A stretch of 64,000 nucleotides of DNA from Octopus sinensis. Taxonomy: Eukaryota. Below, piece after piece: positions 14,081 to 27,072 of the stretch. The notes under the pieces are model-generated. The model was not told the origin of the DNA. It worked only from the letters and a program-made list of their open reading frames with translations, and ran no database searches. The stretch lies in the NCBI RefSeq assembly GCF_006345805.1, contig NC_043015.1, positions 10,540,001 to 10,604,000 of the forward strand. The letters are read 5' to 3'. Each line of letters starts with the position of its first letter. The first letter of the stretch is position 1. Position numbers and translations under genes: made by a program.

Positions 14081-14487
14081 ATTCGCGTAAGTGTCCAACT
14101 GTCCCTATCTGTAGGTTTTGGTTTTCTTCCGGAGCTTTGTTTCAACGATGTTCTTTTCCCTCCTTCCCAAAGGCGGTCATTAATTTCGGGAGAGTACTTC
14201 TTGATACACCAAATATTTCGGCTTTTTTCGTTCCACTAGCACCTGCCATACGAGCACCAATAATTCGCACTTTTTGAAAGTCCGATGCATCTGTAATTCT
14301 AATGAGTTTAAAATTCCCTTTTTCCAGTTATATCTGAAAAGAAGTAGCAATTTTAGCATAATATATAAAGGAACACTGATAATAAATAAAAAAGACATAC
14401 AAATAAACAAGCTTTTGATGTTTTTATAGATATTTCAGACTTGTGATGCTAAGATGCTGGTGTTTCCATTATTTTATCCTACCCCTG
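14081..14487 (-). mobile_element. Tc1-like transposon 5' fragment
   Basis: End CAGGGGTAGGATAAAATAATGGAAACACC after TA; translation DASDFQKVRIIGARMAGASGTKKAEIFGVSRST...SGRKPK matches the Tc1 paired-like HTH. Confidence 0.8.
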
Positions 14488-14503
14488 TATGTATGTGTGT
14501 ATG

Positions 14504-14537
<34 letters not shown>

Positions 14538-16766
14538 TGTATGCATGTATATATGTATGTATGCATGTATGTATGTATTATGTACGTATGTAGTGGTACA
14601 CACGTATATTCCACATCATCTTTACAGCATCCTTCTTCTAAATTCGCTTGAAATACATTGATCTGTCTTGGTCCAATTTAGAAGACGTTTTTCCAAGATG
14701 CCGTTCAATATGGCTGAATGTGAAAACACAGCTTCATGAAGCGATCACAACTCCGCCAGTGTAAGACAAATTTGAAGAAAGAATACATCATGATATATAT
14801 GATTTCTTGATTATATCATATATACGCATGTATGCAATTTCATGTCAATTTTTCTTTATTAATGTAAGTTTACATAAGTCTAACGGTTTTTGCATGGACT
14901 GTTAAAATACAACTATGAGTAAATTATCGCATATTTGTCATTTAAAAATGGTGGATGACCGTTATGAGTCGCTAATACTACTGATTACACTGAACGCTGT
15001 TTAGCTGTAAACTTTGCATATATTATATCTAAATTATATTTGGACTTATATTATTTTACCCAATCTTCTGCAACTTTAAATAGTTACTCAATTATATAAT
15101 GTTTTCAATATTCAGATAAGTATGATAAATAGGTATCTGTGCAATTATAGATGAACAATTAAATGGTTCGACTAGATTAAGATAAATCACAATTTCGAAT
15201 ACGATTCCCCTTATTATTGTCTTACACTTTTCACTTATTTTACAGTTATCATAAAGCAACACAACCTACAAACGTGTGGTCGATTAAATCAAGCTGTATG
15301 CTTATTTTATAGACTAACGTATATCTGTAAATATTTAAGGGTTGTATAGGAAAGTAGCCTCGAGCGTAGCTTGGATTCCGAACTCAAAATCACCCAGCAA
15401 CATACTACAATGTGATTTGATATGTTGATCTACCGATTACAGCACTCATACATGGTCATATATTTTCCCTACCTCCTCGTTCTTTGCAACAAGAGATTGC
15501 ATTTTACGCAAGAGTGTCATACACTTATGGGATCTAGTATTTTTGTAAAGCAATCGCATTTTTATAATATTGTTAGACATCGTGTAATAGACATTTAGTC
15601 GACAGAGCTTAACGTTTCATATGCATTTCTTAGCAATAATACCTCATTTTGATAACCTAGACGGATATCTACTGAATTGGAGTTCCTGAGGTTTATAGTT
15701 TCAACTCCCTATGTATGTTATGTCATTGTTTGTTATAAAATGCGTCACATCTGTTTTGTAATATTATGCCATTTGCTTATTTTTTATTGACAAGAGGACA
15801 TTGTGTATATTTATTTCTATGCAATATTTTTTACGCCGAGATTTCTTTCTTTTATTTTCTGCAATTCTAAAAACCTCAGTCATCGATGCGCATGCGTTAA
15901 TGTTTTTGCTCCCTATACGATTTCTTTCGGATATGCTCAGGGGATTTTTTTTCTTTATTTACATTTTTATTTATCTCTATTATGCTTCGCGCAAATCTGA
16001 TATATAATTGCCTGCTCTCTTGGGCGTTCAGCACAATTAAGCTTAGAGCTTACGGATTTTTATAGAATTTGTAGAAACACATTTTTGCGATTTTATCCTT
16101 TCAAATCCACACTCGCAGATATGAGTCCACATGAACACATACCGATTTATGAGGCGGTGTGAATACCTGTGTGTGCGCCTGCATGTACATACGTGCATAC
16201 GTGTATGTTCTATTTGTGTAAATAGGGAATGGATTTTTATACTGGCATCTTCTGTATTGAAAGCATTACTAGGATATAGTTTGTATTTTAGCACATATTT
16301 TCGCACGACTTCCTTGCAGTTTATTTGTGACAATAAAGTTCAGTATCCATTATAATTATCGTTTCTCATGAGTGACTGCGTAGGAATATAACTCAGATTC
16401 TAGAAATCATAGCGGTACCAATCGTAGTGCTACCTACAGTAAGGACCCAACAAAATATATCGACGCCAGTTCTTACAGAAATTGAGAGATGCAATGTCTA
16501 AACATTTTGTTGGAAGATCTGGACATCTAACCGCCGCAAAATGTGGAACGCTCTAAACACACATTACAAACAACATTTTATCTACCTAAGATTTAAATAC
16601 ATATATTTGCTCCAATATCTAAGTATAGGCCAGTCTATGATTTTGCTGGTATAAATGGCTATTGAAAATACGCATTCATTTTTGCCTTATCATGTTAAAA
16701 CGTCAGTATCTATACGTGCCATATGGGCAAAATACCACCACAGTGAATATAATGACGAAGTAAATA

Positions 16767-17391
16767 TATAAATCTATATAAATAAGGATAAGATCATTAT
16801 TTAAAATACCGATCATATCAAGTGGACATCATGGGGAAAAAAACTTTATCTCTAATAATTATTATTAAAATTATTATTAAAGGTATCTAAAAGATACCAC
16901 CATACAAGAAGTAGCAGTCAAAACTTGCCTCTAAAACCACATCATGTATTCATATAGCATCATGAGTAAAGACACATAGATAAATAAACTAGCAAAAAAT
17001 TACTGGATGATGCCAAATCCGGATCTCTATATGTGTATATACGTGTGTATATGTTGTATATATCTATATGCAATTATGTACTATGTGTATATCCCACTGA
17101 TGAGGCAGAGTATATTTTTTTATGCAAAGATAAAAATCCGGATCAATGATTGAAGAATAGATTTTTGCTAGTGTATTTGTCTGTGTCTTTTCTCCTGATG
17201 CTCTATGAATACAGGATGTGGTTTTAGAGTCAAATTTTGACTGTTATCTCTAACATGGTGGTATCTTTTAGATACCCTTTATTAAAATTCTAATAATAAT
17301 TATTACCTATAAGGTTTTTATTCCTATGATGGCCACTTGATATGATCGGTATTTTAAATAACGATCATATCCTTATGTATATAAATTTATA
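16767..17391. repeat. Inverted repeat, arms 16767-16998 and 17162-17391
   Basis: Shared blocks include TATTTAAAATACCGATCATATCAAGTGG and GGTATCTAAAAGATACCACCAT with their reverse complements. Confidence 0.9.
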
Positions 17392-17465
17392 CATACACAC
17401 ACACACATATTTATATATGTATGTATATATATATATATTTTTATATATATATATGCGTATATATG

Positions 17466-17556
<91 letters not shown>

Positions 17557-17578
17557 GTATATATGCATATATATATAT

Positions 17579-18931
17579 ATGCTCCTAAGGGCATTGGACT
17601 TCGCCAAGCAGTATGTCAACATCGATAGCTCGGAAATTGAAATTATTATGCATGCGAGGAAATCGCTTCTTTTTTTCGAGGATTCCACCTGGATTAAGAA
17701 GACTGAGGATTCTCTTTTCGATGTACCGATGGGGGCATACGACGGGGCTGAATTATGTATGCTCATAGGAGCCTTTATTCTCTATAATCTAAAAATAGAA
17801 TTCCCATTTATAGATGCAGGTTTATATAGGGATGACGGCCTTATAGCCACGCATAATCTAAACGGCCATGAATCAGATAAACTTAGGAAGGACCTTATAG
17901 CTTTCTTTCAAAGGATGGGCTTACGGATTACGATAGATGCTAACCTGAATAGTGTAGATTTTTTAGACGTAAATTTTAATGTAAGATCGGATAGATTTAA
18001 ACCTTTCCGTAAGCCCAATAAAAAGCTATCGTATATTAGCAAAGATTCGAACCATCCACCAGTTATCCTTAGCAACTTAGTCAGCAATGTAGGTAGAAGA
18101 ATATCTTCAATTTCTTCGGACGAGGCAGCATTCCATAATGCTGCACCTTATTACGATAGCGCATTAAAGAATAGTGGATTCTCGGAGAAGATCCAGTTCA
18201 ACCAGCTTAATGCTAATAATAATGCTGCACGAAGAACTAGGACCAGGAAAGTTTTGTGGTTCAACCCGGCTTTCAATTTGGCCGTAAAGACTAATATAGG
18301 TAAGGAATTTTTGAGATTAGTCTCTAAGCATTTTAAGCAGGGTCATAAATTCTACAGAATATTTAATAGAAGAACCCTGAAGGTTAGCTATTCTTGTTGC
18401 AGAAATTTCGCCTCTTACATTAGCCAACATAATAGGAAGCTAATTGAGATTAGACATGGTGCCGAGCCCATTAAGAAATGTAATTTCAAAAACGAAAGCT
18501 CCTGTCCGTTAGAAGGGAAATGTCTAGTGAAAGGAGTAGTTTATAGAGCCAAGGTGCAAGTGGAAGGCTCATCGGAATACAAGACATACACAGGGGCTTC
18601 AGAAAATTCATTTAAAACAAGATTTTATTCTCATAAAAATTCTTTTAAATACCCAGAGAATAGGAAGAAAACCAGCCTAGCAAAATATGTCTGGGAACTA
18701 AAAGAAAAGGAAGCCCCACCTTTCAACGTGACATGGAGCATTCTGGACAGGGCGGCACCATACAGGCATGGAGCTTACAAATATAATTTCAAGTGCAGAC
18801 TTTGCCTATTAGAAAAAATGCACATCTTATTCAAAGACAATAATTCTTTGAATCAAAGAAGTGAGTTAATGAACTTATGTAGGCACGCGGCTAAATTTAA
18901 AATGTCGAATATAAATATACCATATGGATAG
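17579..18931 (+). CDS. Penelope-like element ORF (RT C-half + GIY-YIG endonuclease), 5'-truncated at (TA)n; Naiad-like
   Basis: Uninterrupted 450 codons: [76 protein letters not shown]. The first 79 aa of the track ORF are microsatellite. Confidence 0.92.
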   Translation: MLLRALDFAKQYVNIDSSEIEIIMHARKSLLFFEDSTWIKKTEDSLFDVPMGAYDGAELCMLIGAFILYNLKIEFPFIDAGLYRDDGLIATHNLNGHESDKLRKDLIAFFQRMGLRITIDANLNSVDFLDVNFNVRSDRFKPFRKPNKKLSYISKDSNHPPVILSNLVSNVGRRISSISSDEAAFHNAAPYYDSALKNSGFSEKIQFNQLNANNNAARRTRTRKVLWFNPAFNLAVKTNIGKEFLRLVSKHFKQGHKFYRIFNRRTLKVSYSCCRNFASYISQHNRKLIEIRHGAEPIKKCNFKNESSCPLEGKCLVKGVVYRAKVQVEGSSEYKTYTGASENSFKTRFYSHKNSFKYPENRKKTSLAKYVWELKEKEAPPFNVTWSILDRAAPYRHGAYKYNFKCRLCLLEKMHILFKDNNSLNQRSELMNLCRHAAKFKMSNINIPYG

Positions 18932-19966
18932 AGTATATATTTTGTATTTTTGATTTTGATTTTGATTTTGACTCTTAAGCGCTACAACGAATTTTGATTC
19001 AATTTTGATTCTGTTTCCAAGCTACGCGGATATTAATCCGTATAGCAAAGTATTATGTTTCTACATATATATTAGGAAAAACCTACAAACTTTGTTTTCA
19101 TGTTATTGTATTGCATAGGATTACCTTGATTATTTATATTACCTTGATTATTTATAAATGACCCAAAATAGGATGTTATATTTTATTTTATATGTCTTTC
19201 GTATATATATTTTTTAATGCACCCATTTTTTAAAAGCAATGTTTTTTTAAAAGAAAGCAATGTTGTCAAAATTAGAATGTTTATATAAGTATGTGTATAG
19301 CAAAGCATATGTATTTGTAAGCATGCATATCTGTGTATGTGTAAGTGAAAGTATGATTGTGCTTAAGCACACATATACACGACGGTATGTATATGTATCC
19401 ATTCAAACTTGTGTATGTATACTGGTCTCTATAGATGCCAATAACATCGTTACAAGTTTTTCCCCACCCCTCCTTCGTTCCTTTTTCTCTCTCTCCCTTT
19501 CTTTCGTTCCCCCTCCTTGCTCAGTATATGAGAATTGCTACATAGATGAATTTTAGCTTGCGTGCGAGACGGTTTGCGTGAATATATGTACACATGCTTT
19601 TATGTGTATATTTAGATTCATATCTATACGTCTGTATATGTATGTATGGCGTTTACGCGCATCCTTTTGTGTATGTTGATATATATATGTAGATTTTAAT
19701 ATAAATATGTATTGCAGTATTTATAACAGGTTTAATTTCTATGCATTAATTTGCACTGTCTTCATTAACGTCAATAGGTTTTTTCCTCGGATTTTATAAT
19801 TTTTATAAGTTTTTTATATATATATACATATATTTTTGACCTTTTTGTTTATCGCTCGAAGATTGACCGTTTTTTCTAAAGGGCCAATCAAACAAGTCCA
19901 TTTCTTTTTAAAGGTGTAGCGTTTGTAAGAGTATAGATTGAATTAATATATAAGTTCCATTCTAGC

Positions 19967-20014
19967 AAAAACTGTCTGATGAACGGCAACGAGAAACTCA
20001 GAGTAACAGATTTT
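19967..20014 (+). ncRNA. Type I minimal hammerhead ribozyme motif
   Basis: CTGT-CTGATGA-A CG GCAA CG A-GAAA-CTCAGAG-TA-ACAG: helix I CTGT/ACAG, canonical core, near-palindromic helix III, GUA triplet at 20003-20005. Confidence 0.7.
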
Positions 20015-20121
20015 GTTGAATTTTCTGCTGCTTAAAATAAAGAATATATATATATATGTTTTTTTTAAATATAAATATATGAAAGAATGGAGTTGAACGA
20101 CGAATTAACAAAATTCCTTTA

Positions 20122-20204
20122 TTTTCCACATATGTTTCGAAGGCTGCATATTCCTAATTGCGAAGGAATAAAGAGTATATTATGCCGCTTTCTAATCAGG
20201 AAAA
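20122..20204 (-). ncRNA. Mirror-image hammerhead motif, cleavage triplet GUG (predicted inactive)
   Basis: Reverse complement of 20270-20352 with C17 changed to G. Confidence 0.55.
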
Positions 20205-20269
20205 GCAAGGAACTTATGTCAACATCAAGATGCACAAAAAACTTTTGTGCATCTTGATAAGTTCCTTGC

Positions 20270-20352
20270 TTTTCCTGATTAGAAAGCGGCATAATATACT
20301 CTTTATTCCTTCGCAATTAGGAATATGCAGCCTTCGAAACATATGTCGAAAA
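20270..20352 (+). ncRNA. Type I hammerhead motif with variant core (CUGAUUA)
   Basis: TTTTC-CTGATTA-helix II (10 of 12 bp, 20282-20293/20324-20335)-GAAA-CATATG-TC-GAAAA; palindromic helix III ACATATGT; GUC at 20345-20347. Confidence 0.65.
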
Positions 20353-21302
20353 TAAAGGAATTTTGTTAATTCGTCGTTCAACTCCATTCTTTCATATATT
20401 TATATTAAAAAAAAAACATACACATTTCCACACGAAAGCACGTAACTTCAAACGTGTCTTCTCTGATGTGAATTTGCTACCCATGTATCGGTTAACCGAA
20501 TTATCCATAACAAGATAATTCATTCAACTACTCAAATATATATATATGTATATCAACATCCACTCTCGCACCCGAAGAATAGCAGCAAAAGGAAGTTCCC
20601 CTAATTAACCAAGGTGTTTCAACCATGTGGCAATTTAGGGATGGAGGCCATGCGGATGCATGTTTGCATACGCAGTAACTCCGACCCCAGCCTGTACTCG
20701 TCGAAACAGCTGCCCTCTAGGAAGATACTTCTTAACCACAATCACGGTATAATCGCAGTATAATCTATGACGCACATGCAAGCGTCCAACGAAGTCAGAT
20801 TCTTCGTCTTGCTTACGCGCGTGTATCTTTCCTTTTGATATGCATAATAGTAAACAAATTGAAACAATACACGATAAATAACAGAAGAGAATGGGATTTA
20901 TTTTACAAGATCTAATGGAGCAGTGACTTCAAAGCTGGTCTAAAATCTACAGGTTTCTCTACAATTTCCGTGAACCAGTCTTAACCAATCATGTCCACCC
21001 AAGCTAAACATATTTTTCGAAAATATCGTACCGACAAAGAGGCAGTGAAGGGAACAATTTAAGAAAGTGTCTAAAATGTTTCACATAAACGTGGGAAGTG
21101 GTATAAAATCGTTGTTATAACTGGATTTACAGGGAAAAAAATACAAAATAAAATTGCATATATATACATAACAAGATTCCATGCATACATTCAGAATGAA
21201 GAAATATGTACATCGATTTGTTTTACCTTCAAATAAGATCATTGATAAGAAAGGGAGCGCATCGATATGCATATATGTATATGTGAGTGTGTGCACGTGT
21301 AA

Positions 21303-21355
<53 letters not shown>

Positions 21356-23029
21356 TCTGTGTGTGTGTGTCTGTGTGTCTGTGTGTGTGTGTCTGTGTGT
21401 GTGTGCGTCTGTGTGTATACATACATACGTACATATGCATATATGTATCGTATAATGATTACGAACTTGTTAACATTCTTTGAATATTGGAGAAAATACT
21501 TGATGCATCAATTTATTGAATATTTAGAACCCCAAACTACCCTACCGTTGAACGACACGAATATCATTTTTCGATGATGGTATATTGTTCACTTTAAGGA
21601 GCAGGGAATATTTACGCTTGCATAGAGTATAGATTTTTAACTGACATTAATATGTATTTGATGTTCAGTAATGCAATAATTTTATAGCTCCACCTACTTC
21701 TAAATGATACTATATTACCAGAGATTCTATATGTTTCAGTAATTTGTCTCAGCATTTAATTTGTGTCCGATTTATACGGGATTTTCTAAAAATATATAAT
21801 TAGCATTAATAATTGTGTTTTTCGCATATTTATTACTCAATATATGTATGAATTAATATCACTCATTTAGAAGTGATATTGTTATGCTATACTAGAAAGA
21901 AAAGTGAACGGTATGATGCGAAGAAATCAATGATGAACTGAATCGGCAGCTAGCAATTATTGAGTTTCGAACTGCATATAACAGAGGTAGTTACAGCGAG
22001 CTAAAGACGCGGAGATAGTTCTCCATCTCGCTCTCTTAAAAGGAGGGTCAATGAACCTGGAACCGCTTACGTTATATCAATTAACTCGATATGCATTCTC
22101 CACCTTCTGTCTGATGCTGATAGCATTCATGGAAATATTTGTTTGTCTACTTTACTTATATATTTCTTAACTGAACAATTCACCTTGATAAAATTGACAT
22201 TCCGACATAAATAGAATATTTTTATTCTTAATACGAATATTTACGTCATTTAATTATAGGATCTGAGACATATCTGGATACTTACTATTGCGGAATATTG
22301 ATTAAATTGCAATATCTCTATTTGAAAATATTTTCTCCCACTTCAACAAAATGAGCTTCCACACGTTACTTATATAGTAATTTATCATATTGCCTTAACA
22401 ACTTAGTGAGAAGGACATAATATAGTTAATGTTGCATTGGTTTGATATTAACACTTTGTCGTTCCGTATATAATTAATTATATCACGCTTCTCTATCAGA
22501 AATGCAACATTTCTCACACAACGATAGCAAACATTTACAGATATTGCGTTTAGAGCTAATCGGTGGGAATTTTACGATCAATATTAATAGTTTATACAAT
22601 AATATCTTATTCATAATGGATGCTACTGTGACCTAGATGAAGTTTTCCTTTTTTGCCCAGGACTTGAACAAACTATTGGCGAAATAAAAATTCTGATTTT
22701 TTAAAAACTCTTGGTGTATTATGTTATTTTTGTTATACTGCGCAGATGAAGTTGATGGGTTTGTTCGATAAAATATTACATATTCTAATGTGTATTAATA
22801 TTTCCCTACAGGCTATGGCGTTTTAGCGATATAATTTCTCATCTCCTTTAAAATATTCTCACTTGCCAACTAACAGAAGTGACACAACCTACGAACTCCT
22901 GCAGTAGCATTGAGTTACGTGTTCAATTTCTGAAAAATTCTAATAGAAGTAAACACAAATTGAAGAAGACAGTCATAGATAAACTCTCGTTTATAAAACT
23001 AATATGTTAAATGGAATGGAATTCCTTTG

Positions 23030-23070
<41 letters not shown>

Positions 23071-23211
23071 ATGCAACCTAAGATCTCCTGCAGTAGGTTC
23101 AATTTCACAACAAACATTGTGATAGACGGACGCACATATTGAGCAACACAGCCTTACATAAGCACTTGCTCATTAAACTAGTTAGTTATCATGAATGGAA
23201 TACGTTTGATC

Positions 23212-23244
<33 letters not shown>

Positions 23245-25286
23245 ATAAGTGGTGATAAAGCTTCAGCAACGAAAACAATTAGTCGTAATGAAAATTATTT
23301 ACACACTTGATAACCACAAGCACACCGTTCACTGTTTTGGCTACAATATATAATAAATTGGAAGGTTATATTCTCTCTGACTGGGTTATAATTTATTTGG
23401 GTTTCAAATGCAATCATATGTACGGCAGCGAGAGAAAAGGGATATTGAAGGAATGCAAGTTAGAAATGCTGGGAGATATATTGACAAAAAGAAAAGCATC
23501 AAGAAATTTGAAGTATGCACTGTAATCTAGAATTGCATTTGATGATACGAAAGTCTCTCGAGGATATTCAAGAGGTTTCACGACGCTTGAATGAATAGAA
23601 TGACGCCGTTGCCATTATGAGTAGGCAGCCATACAGCAAAACGACGTCATTCGTAAATGCAACGACAAATTTGTCAAGTAGATAAACAACACACATTCAT
23701 CATATGATATGTGGCAGCATCTTTTGCTCGATGTCAACGCTGAAGATCAAAATCACCAGAGTAGCACATAACGGATCAAAGTCTTCGCAATCTTCCTTGT
23801 ACATTGATTTCTCTGTCTAATCTCTTCATGTTTCGAGTTAAGTCATTCAACCAGCTGTATCGAAATCAAACACTTTTCCACAAGTGTGCGGTGAGCATGT
23901 TTTGCCAAGAAAGAAATGTGAGAAATTACACTGTTAATGATCTCAAGAAATTGATCTAATTCCAAATCATATATTTATTTAAAAGATGAAAGTATTGAAT
24001 ATGGAGGAGAATTTGGACTTTGAATTCTTTTTAAAGTTTCACAGAGAGTACTCGATACAGAAAGGAACAAATACATGCCGCAACTTCATGTGTTTGTTGT
24101 TTAGCATTCTAGAACTCTTCATGTATATTACTTCCTATTCGAAATACCAAGACGATACCTGTACATGTCAACAATATTAACAAAGGTTGTTCTCTTAGTC
24201 AAGGTTTTCCACTGTAAATTATTAAAGTTGATAGATTTAATTACTACGTGCCAAATACTTGAGTGCATCAGGTCTCATGTGTAATGACAAACAAGTTATT
24301 TGCTACGATCACTATCAAAATAATTCCATCATAGCAGCAGCACTTCAAGAGGGGAACCTTCCATCAAATTTCTTGTAAACCCAAAGGATTTCGATTCGTC
24401 AGGAGAATTCAAAAGGAATTTATTTTCCATAAAAGAGAAGGAAAGTTTTATATGGTTTCCAAATACATATAACAAGACTTATACAGGTAAATATGGCTAC
24501 ACGTTTTATACAGGAAGGGCACAGGAGACTAGAAACCTCAAAACAACGGTTCAATCGTAAAAAGCTGACAAGGGATAGATAGTTTCTGAAGTTCTGCCGT
24601 TCAATAATTCGATAAAATGTGAGTGAATATATGAACAAAGAATATTTTACTGCAATACTTATTGTGACGAAACTAAATATCCGCGAGAAATTCACACAAT
24701 CCCAAGTGTGGATATGCACAATAAATCATGAGTCATTCTGGCATTTTTTCATGTCTCCATTAACAAAAATTCGGTCATCACGCATTAAGGTCGATATATT
24801 TAATTTTATTGTGTACTCATTATTTAACTTCAAGTGGAAAATATTCAAACGAAATGATTTAGAAATAGAAGATTATAATGTTGCCATTTCTAATCTCCTA
24901 AAACTGCAGCGTTTCATGTAAATATACACATATGTTTAACTAATATTTTTGCAAACCTTATGTTTCCGTGTACAATATTTGTTTCATATACATTTATACA
25001 TGATAACCTGCATGCAGCTGCGTTATCCATTTACGTCATTTATAGTTTGTTCCCATAGCTAGCCATTCAAATAATTTCAGTGTTGCTTTTGGAGGTTTTG
25101 TGTCGGAATTGTAACCCTTTGGGGAATTTAGTTACATGATGGTTTATTTATTGTTTAGTGAGAGAATTTTCGATCGTAGCATGCACTCTGGTTCGAAAAC
25201 GCACAAATCCGAACAGTACATAAGAGAGGTGAACGTGTTTATATATATGCATATATATTCACACACGTATGCAAAATAAATGCTCT

Positions 25287-25318
<32 letters not shown>

Positions 25319-25414
25319 TGTATGTATGTATATATGTAGGTAGGTATGAAAATATGTATGTATATGTATAAATATATTTATGTATGGATGTATATGTATA
25401 TATGGAGTTACAAT

Positions 25415-25675
25415 GACCTAGTGGTTAGTGAAGGGGACGCGCAGTCGGTGGATGGTGGATTCGATTCCCAGACCGGGCGTTGTGTGTTTTTATTTAGGGA
25501 GGAGTGGCGACCCCTGTTGTACTCTTTCTCTACAACTTTCTCTCACTCTCTCTTCCTATTTCTTGAGTAACGCCGCAATGGGCTGCCGTCACGTCCAACT
25601 GGTGCACATACGCCACAGGAAAAGTGAAACGGGCCCATGAGCCTGACTAGACTTGAAAAGGGCGACATTTATCAT
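25415..25675 (+). mobile_element. Degenerate tRNA-head SINE
   Basis: GTGGTTAG...GGATTCGATTCCCAGACCGGGCGTTGTG head; tail GGGCCCATGAGCCTGACTAGACTTGAAAAGGGCG. Confidence 0.5.
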
Positions 25676-26283
25676 TTTATGTATGTATGTATGTATATGT
25701 ATACATGAATTTAAATTAAAGATAAAATCTATATTTGATATTATCAGGTAGTAAGCATGTAGTCAACAATGAAGGTAAAAGTTAACAGAATATATAATTT
25801 TATAAGTATATTTATGAAACCATATTAAGGGCATAAAGCGAGTCTTACAACAGGGGAAGTCACACGCTGAAAGAAGAATCCAAATGTTGCAAAACAACCT
25901 TTTAACAGTATTATGTTTCTGGGATATGTAAAGCTGTTTATAAATATATGTATTTGATTCTGTTAAGAGGTTAGCTGAACATCTTCATGAATCGTTTCGT
26001 TTATACAATCGCTTTCAGTGCGTGTTTTACGTAATACATAATGTAGTTTTGCTCCATTTAGCATCGCCTAACATGAATATATATAATTTCACCTGAACAA
26101 AACATAATTCACTCTTGAATTATTTGGTTATTCACACGTGTCTGAGATCAACAAAGTAGATTTTTGAATTTCAATTCGTGTATATGTGTAGACAGATGCG
26201 TATGCACTGCGGAAGTATTGTGTTCCTGGGGCTTGTAGAGCTTTTTATGATTATATACATATGGTTGTATTACGCTGAAGAAG

Positions 26284-26342
<59 letters not shown>

Positions 26343-26355
26343 GTATATATAAAGA

Positions 26356-26706
26356 TCTATATCTATATATATAAAACTGAGAATGTGTGTCTGTCTGTCT
26401 GCCTGTCTGTGTGAATCCCTAAAAGTTGTGAACTACACAACCAATGTCATTCAAATTTTATACATGCCTTATTGAGGGTCCATGGAGTGTCATGGACAAA
26501 AAAGTTTTAACTTCTTGCCTAGGGCGAGCCCACAGCAATATCACGTCTTCTTCAGTATTTCAGTATTACGTGTTAAAAGTGAAACAAAAACATCTCTCTA
26601 TTGTAATGTCTGATACATTCACTTTAATACTGAAACTATTAAAGTCAAACTATTATATAAGAGGGATGAACCATTAACAGTGGACATCCATTTTGCTAGA
26701 AGAAGA
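26356..26706 (+). mobile_element. Possible non-autonomous Helitron-like element
   Basis: Starts TCTATATCTATATATATAAAAC then (GTCT)n, ends near GCTAG; the 3' hairpin is weak. Confidence 0.35.
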
Positions 26707-27072
26707 TCCGCTATGGTCTTACATGCTCACCACTGGTTTTCAATTCATATTAATCAAATTAATATTCAATTTCTCACCCTTATTATTTTAAATTTAAATT
26801 TAAACCAGGACCATGTGTTTTGGAACGATGTTTGTTACCACACAGCCACACCTGCACCTATGTATGTGTGTATGTGTGTATATATGTATGCATGTATATA
26901 TGTGAATATATATGTACATGTACATCTATATATATATATTATATATATATATATATATTATATATATATACATCTACACATATACATGTATACAAATACG
27001 TCTATATGTATAGAAATAAATGTATACCTATACAGCTATACATACATACACACACACACACACATATGTGCA

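Larger units (their letters stand above)
20055..20420. repeat. Near-perfect ~366 bp palindrome with 3-nt centre (20240-20242)
   Basis: Arms are reverse complements apart from an 8-nt insertion in the left arm, one C/C mismatch (20127/20347) and a terminal homopolymer difference. Confidence 0.97.

Noticed and set aside
16400-16560. SNRRKMWNAL resembling a CR1/L2 C-terminus
   Set aside because: Single short motif
17342-17578. N-terminal 79 aa of the 529 aa ORF
   Set aside because: Translation of an inverted-repeat arm and (TA)n; RT homology starts at about 17582
19021-19180. Hairpin and ATGA motif in the Penelope 3' UTR as a possible SECIS
   Set aside because: Geometry does not fit a SECIS and the ORF has no in-frame TGA
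20690-20720. CCTGTACTCGTCGAAACAGCTGCC, like the 3' half of a hammerhead
   Set aside because: No matching CUGANGA or helix I partner upstream; 16.1 is C
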